Positions 28,928 to 39,199 of a stretch of DNA of 64,000 nt are shown here, one piece after another; within the stretch, counting starts at the first letter, position 1; the number at the start of each line of letters is the position of its first letter. Made by a program: the position numbers and the translations under genes. This DNA is from Candidatus Saccharimonadota bacterium. Its GTDB lineage: Bacteria; Patescibacteriota; Saccharimonadia; Saccharimonadales; OFTM59. The DNA lies in NCBI GenBank assembly GCA_029260875.1, contig JAJDCL010000008.1:2546-66545 (forward strand), given 5' to 3'. The notes beneath the pieces are model-generated. The model was not told the origin of the DNA. It worked only from the letters and a program-made list of their open reading frames with translations, and did no database searches.

Positions 28928-30394
28928 TTATACGTCTAGCTGCTTTTTGATCAACTCCTGAGCCAGAGCAGGGTTCGCCTTGCCACGAGAGTTCTGCATA
29001 ACCTGCCCCACCAAAAAGCCTACCGCCTTTTCTTCGCCATTTTTAATGTCATCAGCTGCCTTTGGGTTTGTTTTGATTACTTTAGATACTATGTGGGCAA
29101 TTTCACCTTCATCAGAAACCTGAATAAATCCCTGCTCTTCAGCATATTTTGCTAGATCCTTAGGGAGTGCGCCTGAACTAAGCAGAGTCACGAGCAACGC
29201 TTTTGCGTTTGTTGAGCTTAATTTGTTGGTATGCTGTAAGTCATATATATCTTTGAGATACATATCCCAGTTACTGGCTGTTCGGCTAGTTTCTTTGCGT
29301 ATAGGATCAATCGTATTTACGATATGATTTACAATAAATTTTGAAAACGCAACTTCGGCAAGATTTTCTTCAATAAATGGTAAATAGTTCGCCTCAGGCG
29401 TCTCGGCCTGGGCATCAATAAGTGTTTCTATAACCAAGCGGTCCAGGCCCAAGCCTGCCAGTCGTCGGCGCCATTCAATGGGCATAACAGGCATGGATTT
29501 ACGCACGCTTTCAACTACATAGTCATCAAGTACTACAGGGGGAATGTCGGGGTCAGGCATGTACCGGTAGTCATGTGCCTCTTCTTTGCTGCGCTGAGAA
29601 AATGTTTTCTGTTTCGCATCGTCCCAGCCGCGTGTTTCTTGAACAATTATTTGGCCCTTTTCAATTAGTTCAATTTGTCGCTTTATCTCGTACTCAACAG
29701 CCTTTTCAACTGCCCTAAAGCTATTTAAGTTTTTGGTTTCTGTGCGCAGGCCGAGCAAATTTGGGTCTTTATTTACGCTTACGTTAACATCAAAGCGCAT
29801 ATTACCGTGGAACATATCAGCATCGGACACGTCAGCATATCTCATAAGCAACCAGAGCTCCCGGGCATAAGCCTTAGCTTCAGCTGGCGAATGAATATCC
29901 GGCTCGGACACAACTTCAAGTAGCGGAGTCCCTGCACGGTTAAGGTCTACCAAGCTATAGTTTTTACCCTGTGGGTGGGTGTTTTTGCCAGCGTCTTCCT
30001 CAAGCTGAACGCGGTTAATTCGCACTACTTTATGCTTGTCATTTAACTCAAGATTGACCGATCCCCCAAGGATAATCGGCTGACTAAGCTGACTTATTTG
30101 GTACCCTTTCGGCAGGTCTGGATAAAAATAATGTTTGCGTTCAAAATAGCTGTATTTTTGTGGTGCAACGTTAAGCCCAAATGCAACTCGCATAGCATAT
30201 TCAACAGCTTTTTTATTTAGCACAGGCAAAGCCCCGGGCATGCCCAAGCATATATGGCTAACAAGGGTATTCGGCGCTGCATCACGGGCATCGTTGCCAA
30301 CAGCTGCAAAAAGCTTTGTAATAGTTTTTAGTTGCACATGACATTCTATGCCAATGGTCGGAGTATAGGTCTTGCGAACAACGTCACTAATCAC
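28928..30394 (-). CDS. gatB: Asp/Glu-tRNA(Asn/Gln) amidotransferase subunit B
   Basis: 488 aa. IGIECHVQL N-terminus, YFYPDLPKGYQISQ and a C-terminal YqeY-like tail. GTG start overlaps the upstream stop (GTGA). Confidence 0.95.
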   Translation of the reverse strand: MISDVVRKTYTPTIGIECHVQLKTITKLFAAVGNDARDAAPNTLVSHICLGMPGALPVLNKKAVEYAMRVAFGLNVAPQKYSYFERKHYFYPDLPKGYQISQLSQPIILGGSVNLELNDKHKVVRINRVQLEEDAGKNTHPQGKNYSLVDLNRAGTPLLEVVSEPDIHSPAEAKAYARELWLLMRYADVSDADMFHGNMRFDVNVSVNKDPNLLGLRTETKNLNSFRAVEKAVEYEIKRQIELIEKGQIIVQETRGWDDAKQKTFSQRSKEEAHDYRYMPDPDIPPVVLDDYVVESVRKSMPVMPIEWRRRLAGLGLDRLVIETLIDAQAETPEANYLPFIEENLAEVAFSKFIVNHIVNTIDPIRKETSRTASNWDMYLKDIYDLQHTNKLSSTNAKALLVTLLSSGALPKDLAKYAEEQGFIQVSDEGEIAHIVSKVIKTNPKAADDIKNGEEKAVGFLVGQVMQNSRGKANPALAQELIKKQLDV

Positions 30395-30840
30395 ACTGAG
30401 CCCCCATTTTCACCTTTATCTTCGCGTGTAATCGGCAGGGCACCTATGTCACGCAAGGCTTGTCTAAAGCCGATTAGTGCTTGCTTTACTTCGTTCTCAT
30501 TAAGTTTTGCACCGGGGTTGATGTTTAGTTTTTTCACAAGGTTATGGGCGTACCAGACCGCATCATTGTTAGTAAACTTTGACCCTGCCGAAACTAATCG
30601 TTCACCCATTGTCTTGCCTTTAAACTTACGCTTCTTTAGCGCTTCGTCAAGCAATTTATCAGCCAGCAAAATCGCCTGGCTCCATGTTGTTTTATCCCGG
30701 CAGAAATCCTGCAAATAACGCCACTTATTAATAAACTTATCGTGTCTTAGGCGCTTAGGTAGGACCTTAAGCAGTATAGCTATGGTAGCTAAAAGTAGCG
30801 TAGCGGCAGCTACTATTGCAATCTGCTTCTCTGGGCTCAT
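30391..30840 (-). CDS. hypothetical membrane-anchored protein encoded between gatA and gatB
   Basis: 149 aa. One N-terminal TM helix followed by a helical soluble domain. Overlaps the gatA stop (ATGA) and the gatB start (GTGA). No family recognised. Confidence 0.6.
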   Translation of the reverse strand: MSPEKQIAIVAAATLLLATIAILLKVLPKRLRHDKFINKWRYLQDFCRDKTTWSQAILLADKLLDEALKKRKFKGKTMGERLVSAGSKFTNNDAVWYAHNLVKKLNINPGAKLNENEVKQALIGFRQALRDIGALPITREDKGENGGSV

Positions 30841-32267
30841 GACATTAATCCTTGGATTTCTTTTGCTAGGGAAAGCAGTTTTCTGTCGTTTTTCTGTTGG
30901 CCAATTAGCTGCACTCCTACGGGCATGCTGTCTCCATCCACGCCAACAGGGACGCTGATAGCTGGCAAACCGGCTAGACTAACTCCAACGGTCATTACAT
31001 CAGCTAGATACATTTTAAGCGGGTCTTTCGTATTCTCGCCTATCTTAAAGGCTGTCATAGGAGCGACAGGACCAACCAAAAAATCAACCGCCTTAAACGC
31101 CTGGTTAAACTCATCGATAAGCTTGGTACGTAATTGCTGCGCCTTCTTGTAATATGCGTCGTAATATCCGCTACTAAGCACATAGGTACCGATCATAATC
31201 CTGCGTTTGGCCTCGCGCCCAAACCCTTCGCTTCTAGACCAATTATAGCTTTCTTCCAGGCTAGTGGCATCACGATGAGAAAACCCATAGCGCTGGCCAT
31301 CATAACGACTTAGGTTGCTACTAATCTCAGCCGGAACAACAATATAGTAAGCCGCTAGTGCTAAGTCTAGGGAAGGCAGGGTTAACTCTCGTATATCTGC
31401 CCCACTATTTTTAAGAAGTTCGATAGTAGCTTGGATTCGCGCGCGCACGTCAGCATCAACCCCATCGCCCATGTGCTCCTTAATAACGCCAACCTTGACT
31501 TTGTTTAACGAAATTCTATCTAGGCTAGTATAAGGCTCGGGGTCACGATCAATTGTTGTACTGTCTAGTTCGTCTTGACCAGACATCACTTCAAGCACCA
31601 AAGCAATATCTTCAACCGTACGGGCAATAGGGCCGATTACGTCCGTGCTGCTGGCCATAGCCACCACGCCACTGCGTGATACCAGCCCATAAGTCGGCTT
31701 AAGCCCGACCGCTCCCGTAAAAGACGCAGGCAAACGAATTGAGCCACCCGTATCCGTGCCTAGCGCAAATGGCGCCATATCAAGCATCACCGCCGTGGCT
31801 GACCCTCCGCTGCTTCCACCCGGTACGCGACTTTCGTTATGAGGATTTTTTGTCACCATAAAATCACTATTCTCCGTGCTTCCTCCGTGCGCAAATGCAT
31901 CAAGGTTAGCTTTGGCAACACAAATTGCCCCTTCTGCTTCAAGTCGCTCAATAGCTGTTGCCTGATATGGAGCATTGAACCCTCTCAGAATATTACTAGC
32001 AGCGGTTGTCTCGCTGCCAAATGTTAGAAAATTATCCTTAGCTATAAACGGCACACCTGACAGGAGCCCAGTGTATTCGCCATTGGCAATACGCTCGTCC
32101 AGTTCTTTTGCTCGTAAGTTTGCACGGTCAGGCATTGTGGCTATGACCGCGTTATACTTCTTGTTATTGTTGATAACTTTTAACGCGCGCTCAACCATTT
32201 CTGCGGCCTTTAGCTCGCCAGCATTAACTTGCTTAGCAATATCTGCAATTGGCATCCACCCGCTCAT
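30837..32267 (-). CDS. gatA: Asp/Glu-tRNA(Asn/Gln) amidotransferase subunit A
   Basis: 476 aa. Amidase signature GGSSGGSA, with the Ser-cisSer-Lys triad context. Confidence 0.95.
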   Translation of the reverse strand: MSGWMPIADIAKQVNAGELKAAEMVERALKVINNNKKYNAVIATMPDRANLRAKELDERIANGEYTGLLSGVPFIAKDNFLTFGSETTAASNILRGFNAPYQATAIERLEAEGAICVAKANLDAFAHGGSTENSDFMVTKNPHNESRVPGGSSGGSATAVMLDMAPFALGTDTGGSIRLPASFTGAVGLKPTYGLVSRSGVVAMASSTDVIGPIARTVEDIALVLEVMSGQDELDSTTIDRDPEPYTSLDRISLNKVKVGVIKEHMGDGVDADVRARIQATIELLKNSGADIRELTLPSLDLALAAYYIVVPAEISSNLSRYDGQRYGFSHRDATSLEESYNWSRSEGFGREAKRRIMIGTYVLSSGYYDAYYKKAQQLRTKLIDEFNQAFKAVDFLVGPVAPMTAFKIGENTKDPLKMYLADVMTVGVSLAGLPAISVPVGVDGDSMPVGVQLIGQQKNDRKLLSLAKEIQGLMS

Positions 32268-32557
32268 CCAAGAATCCTTTTCACCTTGATATGTCCGCCT
32301 TCAGTTGCAGGAGCATTCTTTAGTAAATCTTCGGTCGTGGTGCCGTAATCCTTAATAACATCTTCTCGCGTTACGTTAGTTAAGCCACTTATCTGATACG
32401 TGGGCTTAACGTCTTTAAGATCCACGGCTTGAAGTTTCTCGACATATTGCAGTATAGATGTAATCTCGCCCTGAAAACGCACAATTTCGTCTTCGCTTAA
32501 TTTCAAGCGAGCAAGCTTAGCCAATTTTAATACGTCTTCCCGGGTCAATTTCGCCAT
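32264..32557 (-). CDS. gatC: Asp/Glu-tRNA(Asn/Gln) amidotransferase subunit C
   Basis: 97 aa. GatC-like LAKLARLKLSEDE...RED motifs. 4-nt overlap with gatA. Confidence 0.9.
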   Translation of the reverse strand: MAKLTREDVLKLAKLARLKLSEDEIVRFQGEITSILQYVEKLQAVDLKDVKPTYQISGLTNVTREDVIKDYGTTTEDLLKNAPATEGGHIKVKRILG

Positions 32558-32607
32558 AGTTATTATCTAATTATATCAGATCATCGGGCGGATAAATTTT
32601 AATCATT

Positions 32608-33087
32608 TTACTCACGACGGGCAGCCCGTCTAAAATCATAAACTAGGGCAGCTTCGTGAACCAGAACTTCCGGAGGGATATTATCTATTTCAGCTTGTGC
32701 TACAACCGCCTCGGCCAATGCCCGAGTCACTTGATACATTTCGACAACCCACGGGTAAGACCATGGATCCTGTACGGGTAAACTGCCGGTACTCATAAAG
32801 TCACGTGCTTGTTTCTCGCGGAAGAGTTGAGCTCCATCATCCAGAACATTCGGTATAACTGCACCTTGCATCTCTCTCTCGTGTGCATTGAAAGGTACAA
32901 AGTCGCGTGTCAAGGGTGCGCTTAAATACTCCTCGCACATTTTCTGAACAACACTTAAACTCCCGTGTTCTGGATCGTTCCATTTTTCTATTAGGTGCTT
33001 TGCAAAGGGATTACGTATCCGCACATTGGCCTTATGGCTTTCAAGCCTAGCGTCAGCAACAATGAATTCTAAAGAAGAGTTGTGCAT
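32608..33087 (-). CDS. hypothetical protein
   Basis: 159 aa soluble ORF with no recognisable motif. TTGACA-N16-TACACT promoter-like sequence upstream. Confidence 0.5.
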   Translation of the reverse strand: MHNSSLEFIVADARLESHKANVRIRNPFAKHLIEKWNDPEHGSLSVVQKMCEEYLSAPLTRDFVPFNAHEREMQGAVIPNVLDDGAQLFREKQARDFMSTGSLPVQDPWSYPWVVEMYQVTRALAEAVVAQAEIDNIPPEVLVHEAALVYDFRRAARRE

Positions 33088-33145
33088 CGCAAAATCCTAG
33101 ATAATATTTTTTGCAGTGTAATTTTTATTATTTTATTGTCAAGTT

Positions 33146-35113
33146 TTATAGTTTCTTTTTTATATCGGCGATTATATCGCGCAGTTCAGCAGCCTTTTCA
33201 AACTCTAGATTAGCACTAGCTAGCTCCATTTGTGACGTTAGGTCTTTAATAAGATGTCCGTATTCGTCTTTTGGAATTTTCTTGAGATTAAGCTTTGCGG
33301 TTTTGGCCTCTTCTGGCAGATCAGGACGCATACCCTTTTCAATGGCCCGAGCAATGCCCTTAGGTGTAATGCCGTGCTTTTTGTTATAAGCTTCTTGCAC
33401 TTTACGGCGACGGTTTGTCTCATCAATGGCTCGCCTCATACTGCTAGTAACATTGTCGGCATACATGATTACGCGGCCTTCTATATGCCTGGCCGCTCTA
33501 CCAATAGTTTGCACCAAAGCCTGTTCGCTGCGCAAAAACCCTTCTTTGTCGGCATCTAAAATTGTGACCAAACTAACCTCTGGTAAGTCCAAACCTTCAC
33601 GTAGCAGATTTATACCTACAACCACATCGTATACACCAAGGCGCAGGTCTCGCAATATGTCCGTACGATCTAAAGTATCAACATCACTGTGCAAATACGT
33701 AACCTTGATGTTTATCTCAGCCAAATATTCAGTCAGATCTTCAGCCATGCGCTTTGTAAGCGTCGTTACCAGTACTCGTTGACGCTTACTAACCGTGGCA
33801 CGAATTTCATTAATAAGGTCATCAACCTGACCCTCAATGGGCCGCACCTCAATTACTGGGTCAATCAGGCCAGTTGGACGTATCACCTGCTCTACTGGCT
33901 CAGGGCTACGAGTCAGTTCGTACTGAGCAGGAGTAGCACTTACATAAACAACCTGGTTCACGTGTTTTTCAAACTCTGTAAAAGTTAGCGGTCTGTTATC
34001 TAGGGCGCTTGGCAAACGAAATCCGTGCTCTACCAGCACTTCTTTCCTAGCACGATCACCATTGTACATCCCCCTAACCTGCGGAATTGTCATGTGTGAT
34101 TCATCGATAAACAGCAGGTAGTCATCTGGAAAATAATCAAGTAATGTTGCTGGCTGTTCACCTGGTTCGCGGTTTGTAAGATACCGACTATAGTTCTCAA
34201 TACCTTTTACAAAGCCGGTTTCTTCAAGCATCTCAATATCAAACCTTGTCCGTTGTTGAAGGCGCTGAGCCTCCAGCAACATGCCGTTCTTTTTATAATA
34301 ATCTAGTCTTCCGGCTAGCTCGGCTTCAATTTTGGTAAGCGCCTCTTTAAGCTTATCGGCCGGAGTCACATAGTGGCTGCTTGGGAATATCCTAACGTGA
34401 TCAGGGTGTTTCTGGATTTCACCAGTCAGGGGGTTGATCTGCGAAATACGCTCAATCTCGTCACCAAAAAACTCAATTCTATAAGCAACTTCTTCGCCGG
34501 CTGGCATAACGTCTATCACATCTCCCTTAACCCGAAATGTGCCACGGTGAAAATCTATATCATTACGCTGGTACTGAATATCTGTCAAACGACGTATGAA
34601 TTTATCCCGGACCTTGCGCTCACCCAGCTTAACCGTCTCAGATAAATTGCCATAATCTTCAACCGATCCAATTCCGTAAATACAGCTAACACTTGCCACT
34701 ATAATGACATCGCGACGAGAAAGTAACGCATCCGTTGCAGCGTGCCTCAAACGATCAATTTCCTCATTTATCTGGCTGTCCTTCTCTATATATGTGTCGC
34801 TGCGCGGTATGTAGGCCTCGGGCTGGTAATAGTCAAAGTAGCTGACAAAGTAGTGTACGGCATTCTTTGGGAAAAAGTTTTTAAACTCTCCGTAAAGCTG
34901 CGCGGCCAAAGTTTTATTGTGCGACAAAATAAGTGCAGGCCGCTGCAAATTCTGTATAACGTTAGCTACCGTAAATGTTTTGCCAGAACCAGTAACACCT
35001 AGCAGCACCTGTTCCTTTACCCCGTTTTGTGTATTCTTTGACAGCTGAGCAATCGCCGTTGGCTGGTCGCCTGTAGGCTTGTAGTCTGATGTTAGTTGAA
35101 ATTTGGCAGACAT
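33146..35113 (-). CDS. uvrB: excinuclease ABC subunit B
   Basis: 655 aa. Walker [13 protein letters not shown] box, beta-hairpin region and a C-terminal UVR domain (FEKAAELRD). Confidence 0.95.
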   Translation of the reverse strand: MSAKFQLTSDYKPTGDQPTAIAQLSKNTQNGVKEQVLLGVTGSGKTFTVANVIQNLQRPALILSHNKTLAAQLYGEFKNFFPKNAVHYFVSYFDYYQPEAYIPRSDTYIEKDSQINEEIDRLRHAATDALLSRRDVIIVASVSCIYGIGSVEDYGNLSETVKLGERKVRDKFIRRLTDIQYQRNDIDFHRGTFRVKGDVIDVMPAGEEVAYRIEFFGDEIERISQINPLTGEIQKHPDHVRIFPSSHYVTPADKLKEALTKIEAELAGRLDYYKKNGMLLEAQRLQQRTRFDIEMLEETGFVKGIENYSRYLTNREPGEQPATLLDYFPDDYLLFIDESHMTIPQVRGMYNGDRARKEVLVEHGFRLPSALDNRPLTFTEFEKHVNQVVYVSATPAQYELTRSPEPVEQVIRPTGLIDPVIEVRPIEGQVDDLINEIRATVSKRQRVLVTTLTKRMAEDLTEYLAEINIKVTYLHSDVDTLDRTDILRDLRLGVYDVVVGINLLREGLDLPEVSLVTILDADKEGFLRSEQALVQTIGRAARHIEGRVIMYADNVTSSMRRAIDETNRRRKVQEAYNKKHGITPKGIARAIEKGMRPDLPEEAKTAKLNLKKIPKDEYGHLIKDLTSQMELASANLEFEKAAELRDIIADIKKKL

Positions 35114-35119
35114 TATTTA

Positions 35120-35128
35120 ATTGTACCA
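35120..35128 (-). promoter_or_regulatory. extended -10 (TGgTACAAT) 6 nt upstream of the uvrB ATG
   Basis: Minus strand TGGTACAAT at 35128-35120 and ATG at 35113. Confidence 0.5.
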
Positions 35129-35169
35129 ATTTAAAATACTTAATACATTTATGATTTGGCCCAAAACTC

Positions 35170-35382
35170 TTAGCGAGTATTTACAAAAGTACGACCATTA
35201 GCGATACATTGTTCTGGGTAGCTTTCCAAAACCGGGTGACCAGTCTTCACACAGTCATCAAAATTTTGTATGTTTTTATCATTAATTTGCAGACTAACTA
35301 TCCTCCACCCCGCTAGAGTTATTAGTATAATAACCAATATTGTTATCGGCCACTTCCCACGTGCAGCTAAATTATTATTCAT
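35170..35382 (-). CDS. small membrane-anchored protein with a two-Cys C-terminal domain
   Basis: Start re-set to the internal ATG at 35382 (MNNNLAARGKWPITILVIILITLAGW...). This gives 70 aa with one TM helix and the motif DDCVKTGHPVLESYPEQC. 8-nt overlap with the upstream gene. The longer listed ORF would run inside the LOG-like gene. Confidence 0.55.
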   Translation of the reverse strand: MNNNLAARGKWPITILVIILITLAGWRIVSLQINDKNIQNFDDCVKTGHPVLESYPEQCIANGRTFVNTR

Positions 35383-35938
35383 ACAATTGCCGGTACTTCC
35401 TATTCTCATGATCAAGAAGACCTGTAAGCTTTGAAAGCAAATCGTCTGCATTATCACTAAACACCACATTTTTGCTGTTTGATTCACCTGCTGCATGCAT
35501 AATGTCAGAAATTTCCGTACTAATTCCTCCTGCCCCTTCTAAAAAGCCGATTGGCGTGTCGGTTTCCATCGCGATAGTAAACTCATGCAGAGTCCCCAGC
35601 CTGCCACCAATACTTATAACTGCATCACTTGAAACTATCAGCAAATTGTCGCGTCCGACGTAATGCATGCCAGAATACACAATCACATCATAAGCCTTAG
35701 TAGGTAAGCGATATTTCATAACATGTTCAATCTTAGAAGTAGCCGGACTAATACCGACACTCATTTTGCCGCCAGCTGCTTTGTATGCTTCTGCAGCATA
35801 GTTCGGCAGGCCCACTGTTGCGCCTGTCATTAGACTGTGGCCTGACTTGGCTAGCGCGCGCCCTGCAGCTATGGCAATGTGTTTACCTTCCTCGACGCTT
35901 TTACCTTTGGCGGCCCCGGATATGCAAATTTGGTACAT
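35375..35938 (-). CDS. LOG-family / TIGR00725-like Rossmann-fold protein
   Basis: 187 aa. N-terminal ICISGAAKG, an MTGATVGLP glycine-rich loop and IGGRLGTLHEF (the GGxGTxxE signature of the LOG/lysine-decarboxylase-like family). Confidence 0.65.
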   Translation of the reverse strand: MYQICISGAAKGKSVEEGKHIAIAAGRALAKSGHSLMTGATVGLPNYAAEAYKAAGGKMSVGISPATSKIEHVMKYRLPTKAYDVIVYSGMHYVGRDNLLIVSSDAVISIGGRLGTLHEFTIAMETDTPIGFLEGAGGISTEISDIMHAAGESNSKNVVFSDNADDLLSKLTGLLDHENRKYRQLYE

Positions 35939-37194
35939 TAGCCAAGCCCTCCAGAATGCAAAACCAATGACTCAGGAGCGATCATTTCATTATCAAGCTG
36001 TTTTAAGACCTGCGCCTCTAAAGTTTTTTGGCCTAAATAACGCATAAAGATCTCGTTCCATAAAGCTTCACGAAAGTGGTAAACAGCCCTATCGTGGTAA
36101 GGCAAATCGTTGACATAACTAATTGCAATATCCATTAGGTTAAATGTCACTGGCCGGCCTTCATGCAATATCGCAACATAATCTAAGTCATACCAAAAAT
36201 GCAGTGCAGGCTCTACATGGTAAAGCACTTCTTCGGCTTTTCGCCAATGCAAGTCCTCTGGCTGTACGTGTGGTTCAAACATTTCAGGATGATACTCTGA
36301 TTCTAATTTTCCGAAGTAACGCTGTATGACTCGCCAATGGATTTTCTGTCCAGCCATGACTGCATGTTTGTCAGGGTCGGCAATCAACGTATTGACAAGT
36401 ATTTCGCCGAAATCAGGCTTAACTTGCTGCAACTTAAAGAAAGCACTGTAAAGACGAATTTCGTTTAAGTAATGCAAAAGCAGTGGCAACACCGTGATAG
36501 TTATCCCGCGCATTTTCATTACTGGCATAGGTAGCATTAAGATAACGCCTAGTTCTTTTAGATGTGTTAGGTTGTGTCTTTTTTTATTAACAAATGCCTT
36601 TGTTAACTCTCCCCATTTCTCACTATCCATCAGCAAAATCTCAATATCGCGCGACTCAAAATCACTTGGCCGAAGGCTTTTATACTTTTGCAAGAACAGT
36701 CGTAGCCACTCTGGGTCTTCAGCAAAGCGCAAACTTCCATAGAGCTCGGCAACAGGCTCTCGCTTCAGCATTGAATCAACAGATTTATAGCCTAAGTGCT
36801 TCATAACATGCTTTGGCGGCATCGCCTTCAACAATCGCTTAGCCACGCTGAGTCGCAGCACCCAAACTTTTTTGGGCACGTCCATTTTCTCTACAATATC
36901 CTTAATTCGTGGCAACAGATCGCTCACATCTGAAGAGTCTTTGCTACCAATTTTAGTAGACAAAAACTCGTCATGCTTTTTTACTAATGACATCAGGGCG
37001 TGGTACAGCTCCTTGCCTGTTGTGTCGCTTGGGTCTAAACCTAGTTCACGCATTTTCATGTGCGCTTTACCGATCAACTCCGCAGTCAACCTGACATCTA
37101 CGCTTTGGTCCCCAGAAGCAAGCTCAAGTTGCTTAAGCGCAGACGTAAACATGGGTTCGTTTGCCTTCAGCAAGTCCGACAAGTACTTTGACAT
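35938..37194 (-). CDS. hypothetical protein (418 aa, no family recognised)
   Basis: Long, compositionally normal ORF. TAATG stop/start overlap with the LOG-like gene. His/Trp-rich C-terminal half. Confidence 0.6.
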   Translation of the reverse strand: MSKYLSDLLKANEPMFTSALKQLELASGDQSVDVRLTAELIGKAHMKMRELGLDPSDTTGKELYHALMSLVKKHDEFLSTKIGSKDSSDVSDLLPRIKDIVEKMDVPKKVWVLRLSVAKRLLKAMPPKHVMKHLGYKSVDSMLKREPVAELYGSLRFAEDPEWLRLFLQKYKSLRPSDFESRDIEILLMDSEKWGELTKAFVNKKRHNLTHLKELGVILMLPMPVMKMRGITITVLPLLLHYLNEIRLYSAFFKLQQVKPDFGEILVNTLIADPDKHAVMAGQKIHWRVIQRYFGKLESEYHPEMFEPHVQPEDLHWRKAEEVLYHVEPALHFWYDLDYVAILHEGRPVTFNLMDIAISYVNDLPYHDRAVYHFREALWNEIFMRYLGQKTLEAQVLKQLDNEMIAPESLVLHSGGLG

Positions 37195-37249
37195 AATTGT
37201 TTATAGATTAGCATGAGCGTAATTGTTAAGCCAGAAGTGCTTGAGCTGC

Positions 37250-38254
37250 TCACATGCGCTCAGGCTTATACCAGTGAGGTGCCTTTTTAAGAAACTCTTC
37301 TATTTCTGCCCCTGTGAGCAGCCCCTCGCGTGCGCCAACATGCTGTACCACACTCATTGAATTAATTGGAGCTACCTGAAGAGCCCCTTCTACTGTGTTG
37401 CCCCTGATTAGCTCCGCAACAAAGGCTGAAGAAAACGCATCACCAGCGCCAGTACGCTCATAGGGCGGGGCTGGGTCTGGGTATGGTGGCATTTTGAAGC
37501 GCGCATTGTTTACCTCACTTGCGTATGCACCAGCTGGCCCATCAGTAATTACGACCACTTTCGGTCCATATGCATGTAAACGGTCAAATAAATCATTCAG
37601 GTCGTCATAATTACCGCCGGATATCACAACAGCTTCTTCCCTGTTAACAAGCAACACGTCGGCCCGTTTGTACAATGCGCCCAAGCGCTCGACTCCTGCT
37701 TCAAGCTGGAATGTACCTGGCTGAAATGCAAACTTGATATCGGGGTGCTTTTCCAGCCACTCCGTCACATAATCATGGTAGGTGTCCAGGGCGTCTTTGC
37801 TGATTGAGCTAAAATATATCCACTTCGGGATATCTTCGTCGCGAAAACTTGGCCACTGATACTTGTATTCCTCGTGCTTGATCAAAATTGTACGCTCTTC
37901 TTTGTACCATAGTACGTAGTGGAAGTTACTGATCTTACCAGGATTGACATGGATAAATCGCGTGTCAACGTCTAGTTTTTTTAGCGTGCTAATAATATCC
38001 CGGCCGTGTTGGTCATCGCCCACATTAGAGATTAGGCCACTTCTAAGCCCCAGCTTAGCGAAGCTTACCGAGGCGTTTGCAGCGTTACCTACTCCATCGA
38101 CCTCTACCGCATGGTCAAAGGGTACCTTAGTAGCAAACGGTATTGATAACCATTTACCTCTTTCATCTTTGTATGCTTCAGCTCTGTCGTCTAGCAACTT
38201 GATGAAAGCGTCCGTGACAACGTCTCCGATACTCAACACATCTAAATTAGTCAT
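37250..38254 (-). CDS. PfkB-family carbohydrate/sugar-phosphate kinase
   Basis: 334 aa. Ribokinase-fold motifs GNAANASVSFAKLG and TGAGDAF. Substrate not assignable. Confidence 0.8.
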   Translation of the reverse strand: MTNLDVLSIGDVVTDAFIKLLDDRAEAYKDERGKWLSIPFATKVPFDHAVEVDGVGNAANASVSFAKLGLRSGLISNVGDDQHGRDIISTLKKLDVDTRFIHVNPGKISNFHYVLWYKEERTILIKHEEYKYQWPSFRDEDIPKWIYFSSISKDALDTYHDYVTEWLEKHPDIKFAFQPGTFQLEAGVERLGALYKRADVLLVNREEAVVISGGNYDDLNDLFDRLHAYGPKVVVITDGPAGAYASEVNNARFKMPPYPDPAPPYERTGAGDAFSSAFVAELIRGNTVEGALQVAPINSMSVVQHVGAREGLLTGAEIEEFLKKAPHWYKPERM

Positions 38255-38284
38255 TTGTCTTTCCCACCCACATAATGCTTAAGA

Positions 38285-39199
38285 TTAGTCTACCACAGCT
38301 CTTCCTGCTGAGTTAAACATGTCAATTTTCTCTTCTACGACAGTCTCAACCGATGCTATAACCTTATCCATCAATTTAACCACAGCGTACTCGTCAGGGT
38401 TTTCGTCTAACTCCTTCTCAAGCGTCCTACGGTAAGCTACCCGCATATCAGAGTTGATATTCACTTTGGTTACGCCAACCTTAACCGCATCCACGAAATA
38501 ATGCCCCGGCGTCCCGCTGCCACCATGCAAACTAATGTTGCAATCAACTGCTTCACGTATCTGTTTGAGCAGCTCTATATCTAGTTTTTTAGGTACAGGG
38601 TACTTACCATGTAGATTACCGATTGCAGCTGCAAAGGTGTCGATACCCGTTGCATCCACAAAAGCCCTTGCACCTTCAGGTGTACTAAATGTTTTTCTAA
38701 TTTCTTCGTAATCAATTTTCTCAGTGTGCAAGTTGGATGATCCGCCAAAGTAATGGGGCTCGCTTTCAACAAGCGCACCGGTCAGGCTGGCGTAATTTAC
38801 AATCTGCTTTGTTTCGGTAATTATCTCTTCGGTCGTAGCATTCTTGCGCGCCTGGCTTATGTCAATATGAATAAATTCAAAACCCGCCTCTATCCCCGCG
38901 ATAGCAGCTGCCACTGATGGGCTATGGTCAAGGTTTATATATATTTCAACTTTGAGCTGTTGCTTGTAGTTGTCGACCATATCACGGACATTGTCTAGCC
39001 CTAAGGCTTCTACCTCGCCCTGACTTACTTCAACCAAAACTGGTGCATTTTTATTGGCAGCCGCTTGCGCAACAGCGCGTAAGGTCTCTTGATTGTCCAG
39101 GTTAAACGCTCCCAGCGCAAAGTGTTCTGCGCGTGCCCGAGCCATAGCATCACGTGCCTGCTGACAGTTTTTCCTCATTTGTGTGAGCGATAGAGACAT
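38285..39199 (-). CDS. fba: class II fructose-bisphosphate aldolase
   Basis: 304 aa. LDHSPS, ISLHGGSG and AAAIGNLHGKY motifs of the class II FBA/tagatose-bisphosphate aldolase family. Confidence 0.85.
   Translation of the reverse strand: MSLSLTQMRKNCQQARDAMARARAEHFALGAFNLDNQETLRAVAQAAANKNAPVLVEVSQGEVEALGLDNVRDMVDNYKQQLKVEIYINLDHSPSVAAAIAGIEAGFEFIHIDISQARKNATTEEIITETKQIVNYASLTGALVESEPHYFGGSSNLHTEKIDYEEIRKTFSTPEGARAFVDATGIDTFAAAIGNLHGKYPVPKKLDIELLKQIREAVDCNISLHGGSGTPGHYFVDAVKVGVTKVNINSDMRVAYRRTLEKELDENPDEYAVVKLMDKVIASVETVVEEKIDMFNSAGRAVVD

Noticed and set aside
35383-35496. Upstream 38 codons of the listed 35170..35496 ORF.
   Set aside because: They lie inside the 3' end of the LOG-like gene in another frame. 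The ATG at 35382 gives a sensible TM-anchored 70-aa protein with a short coupling overlap.
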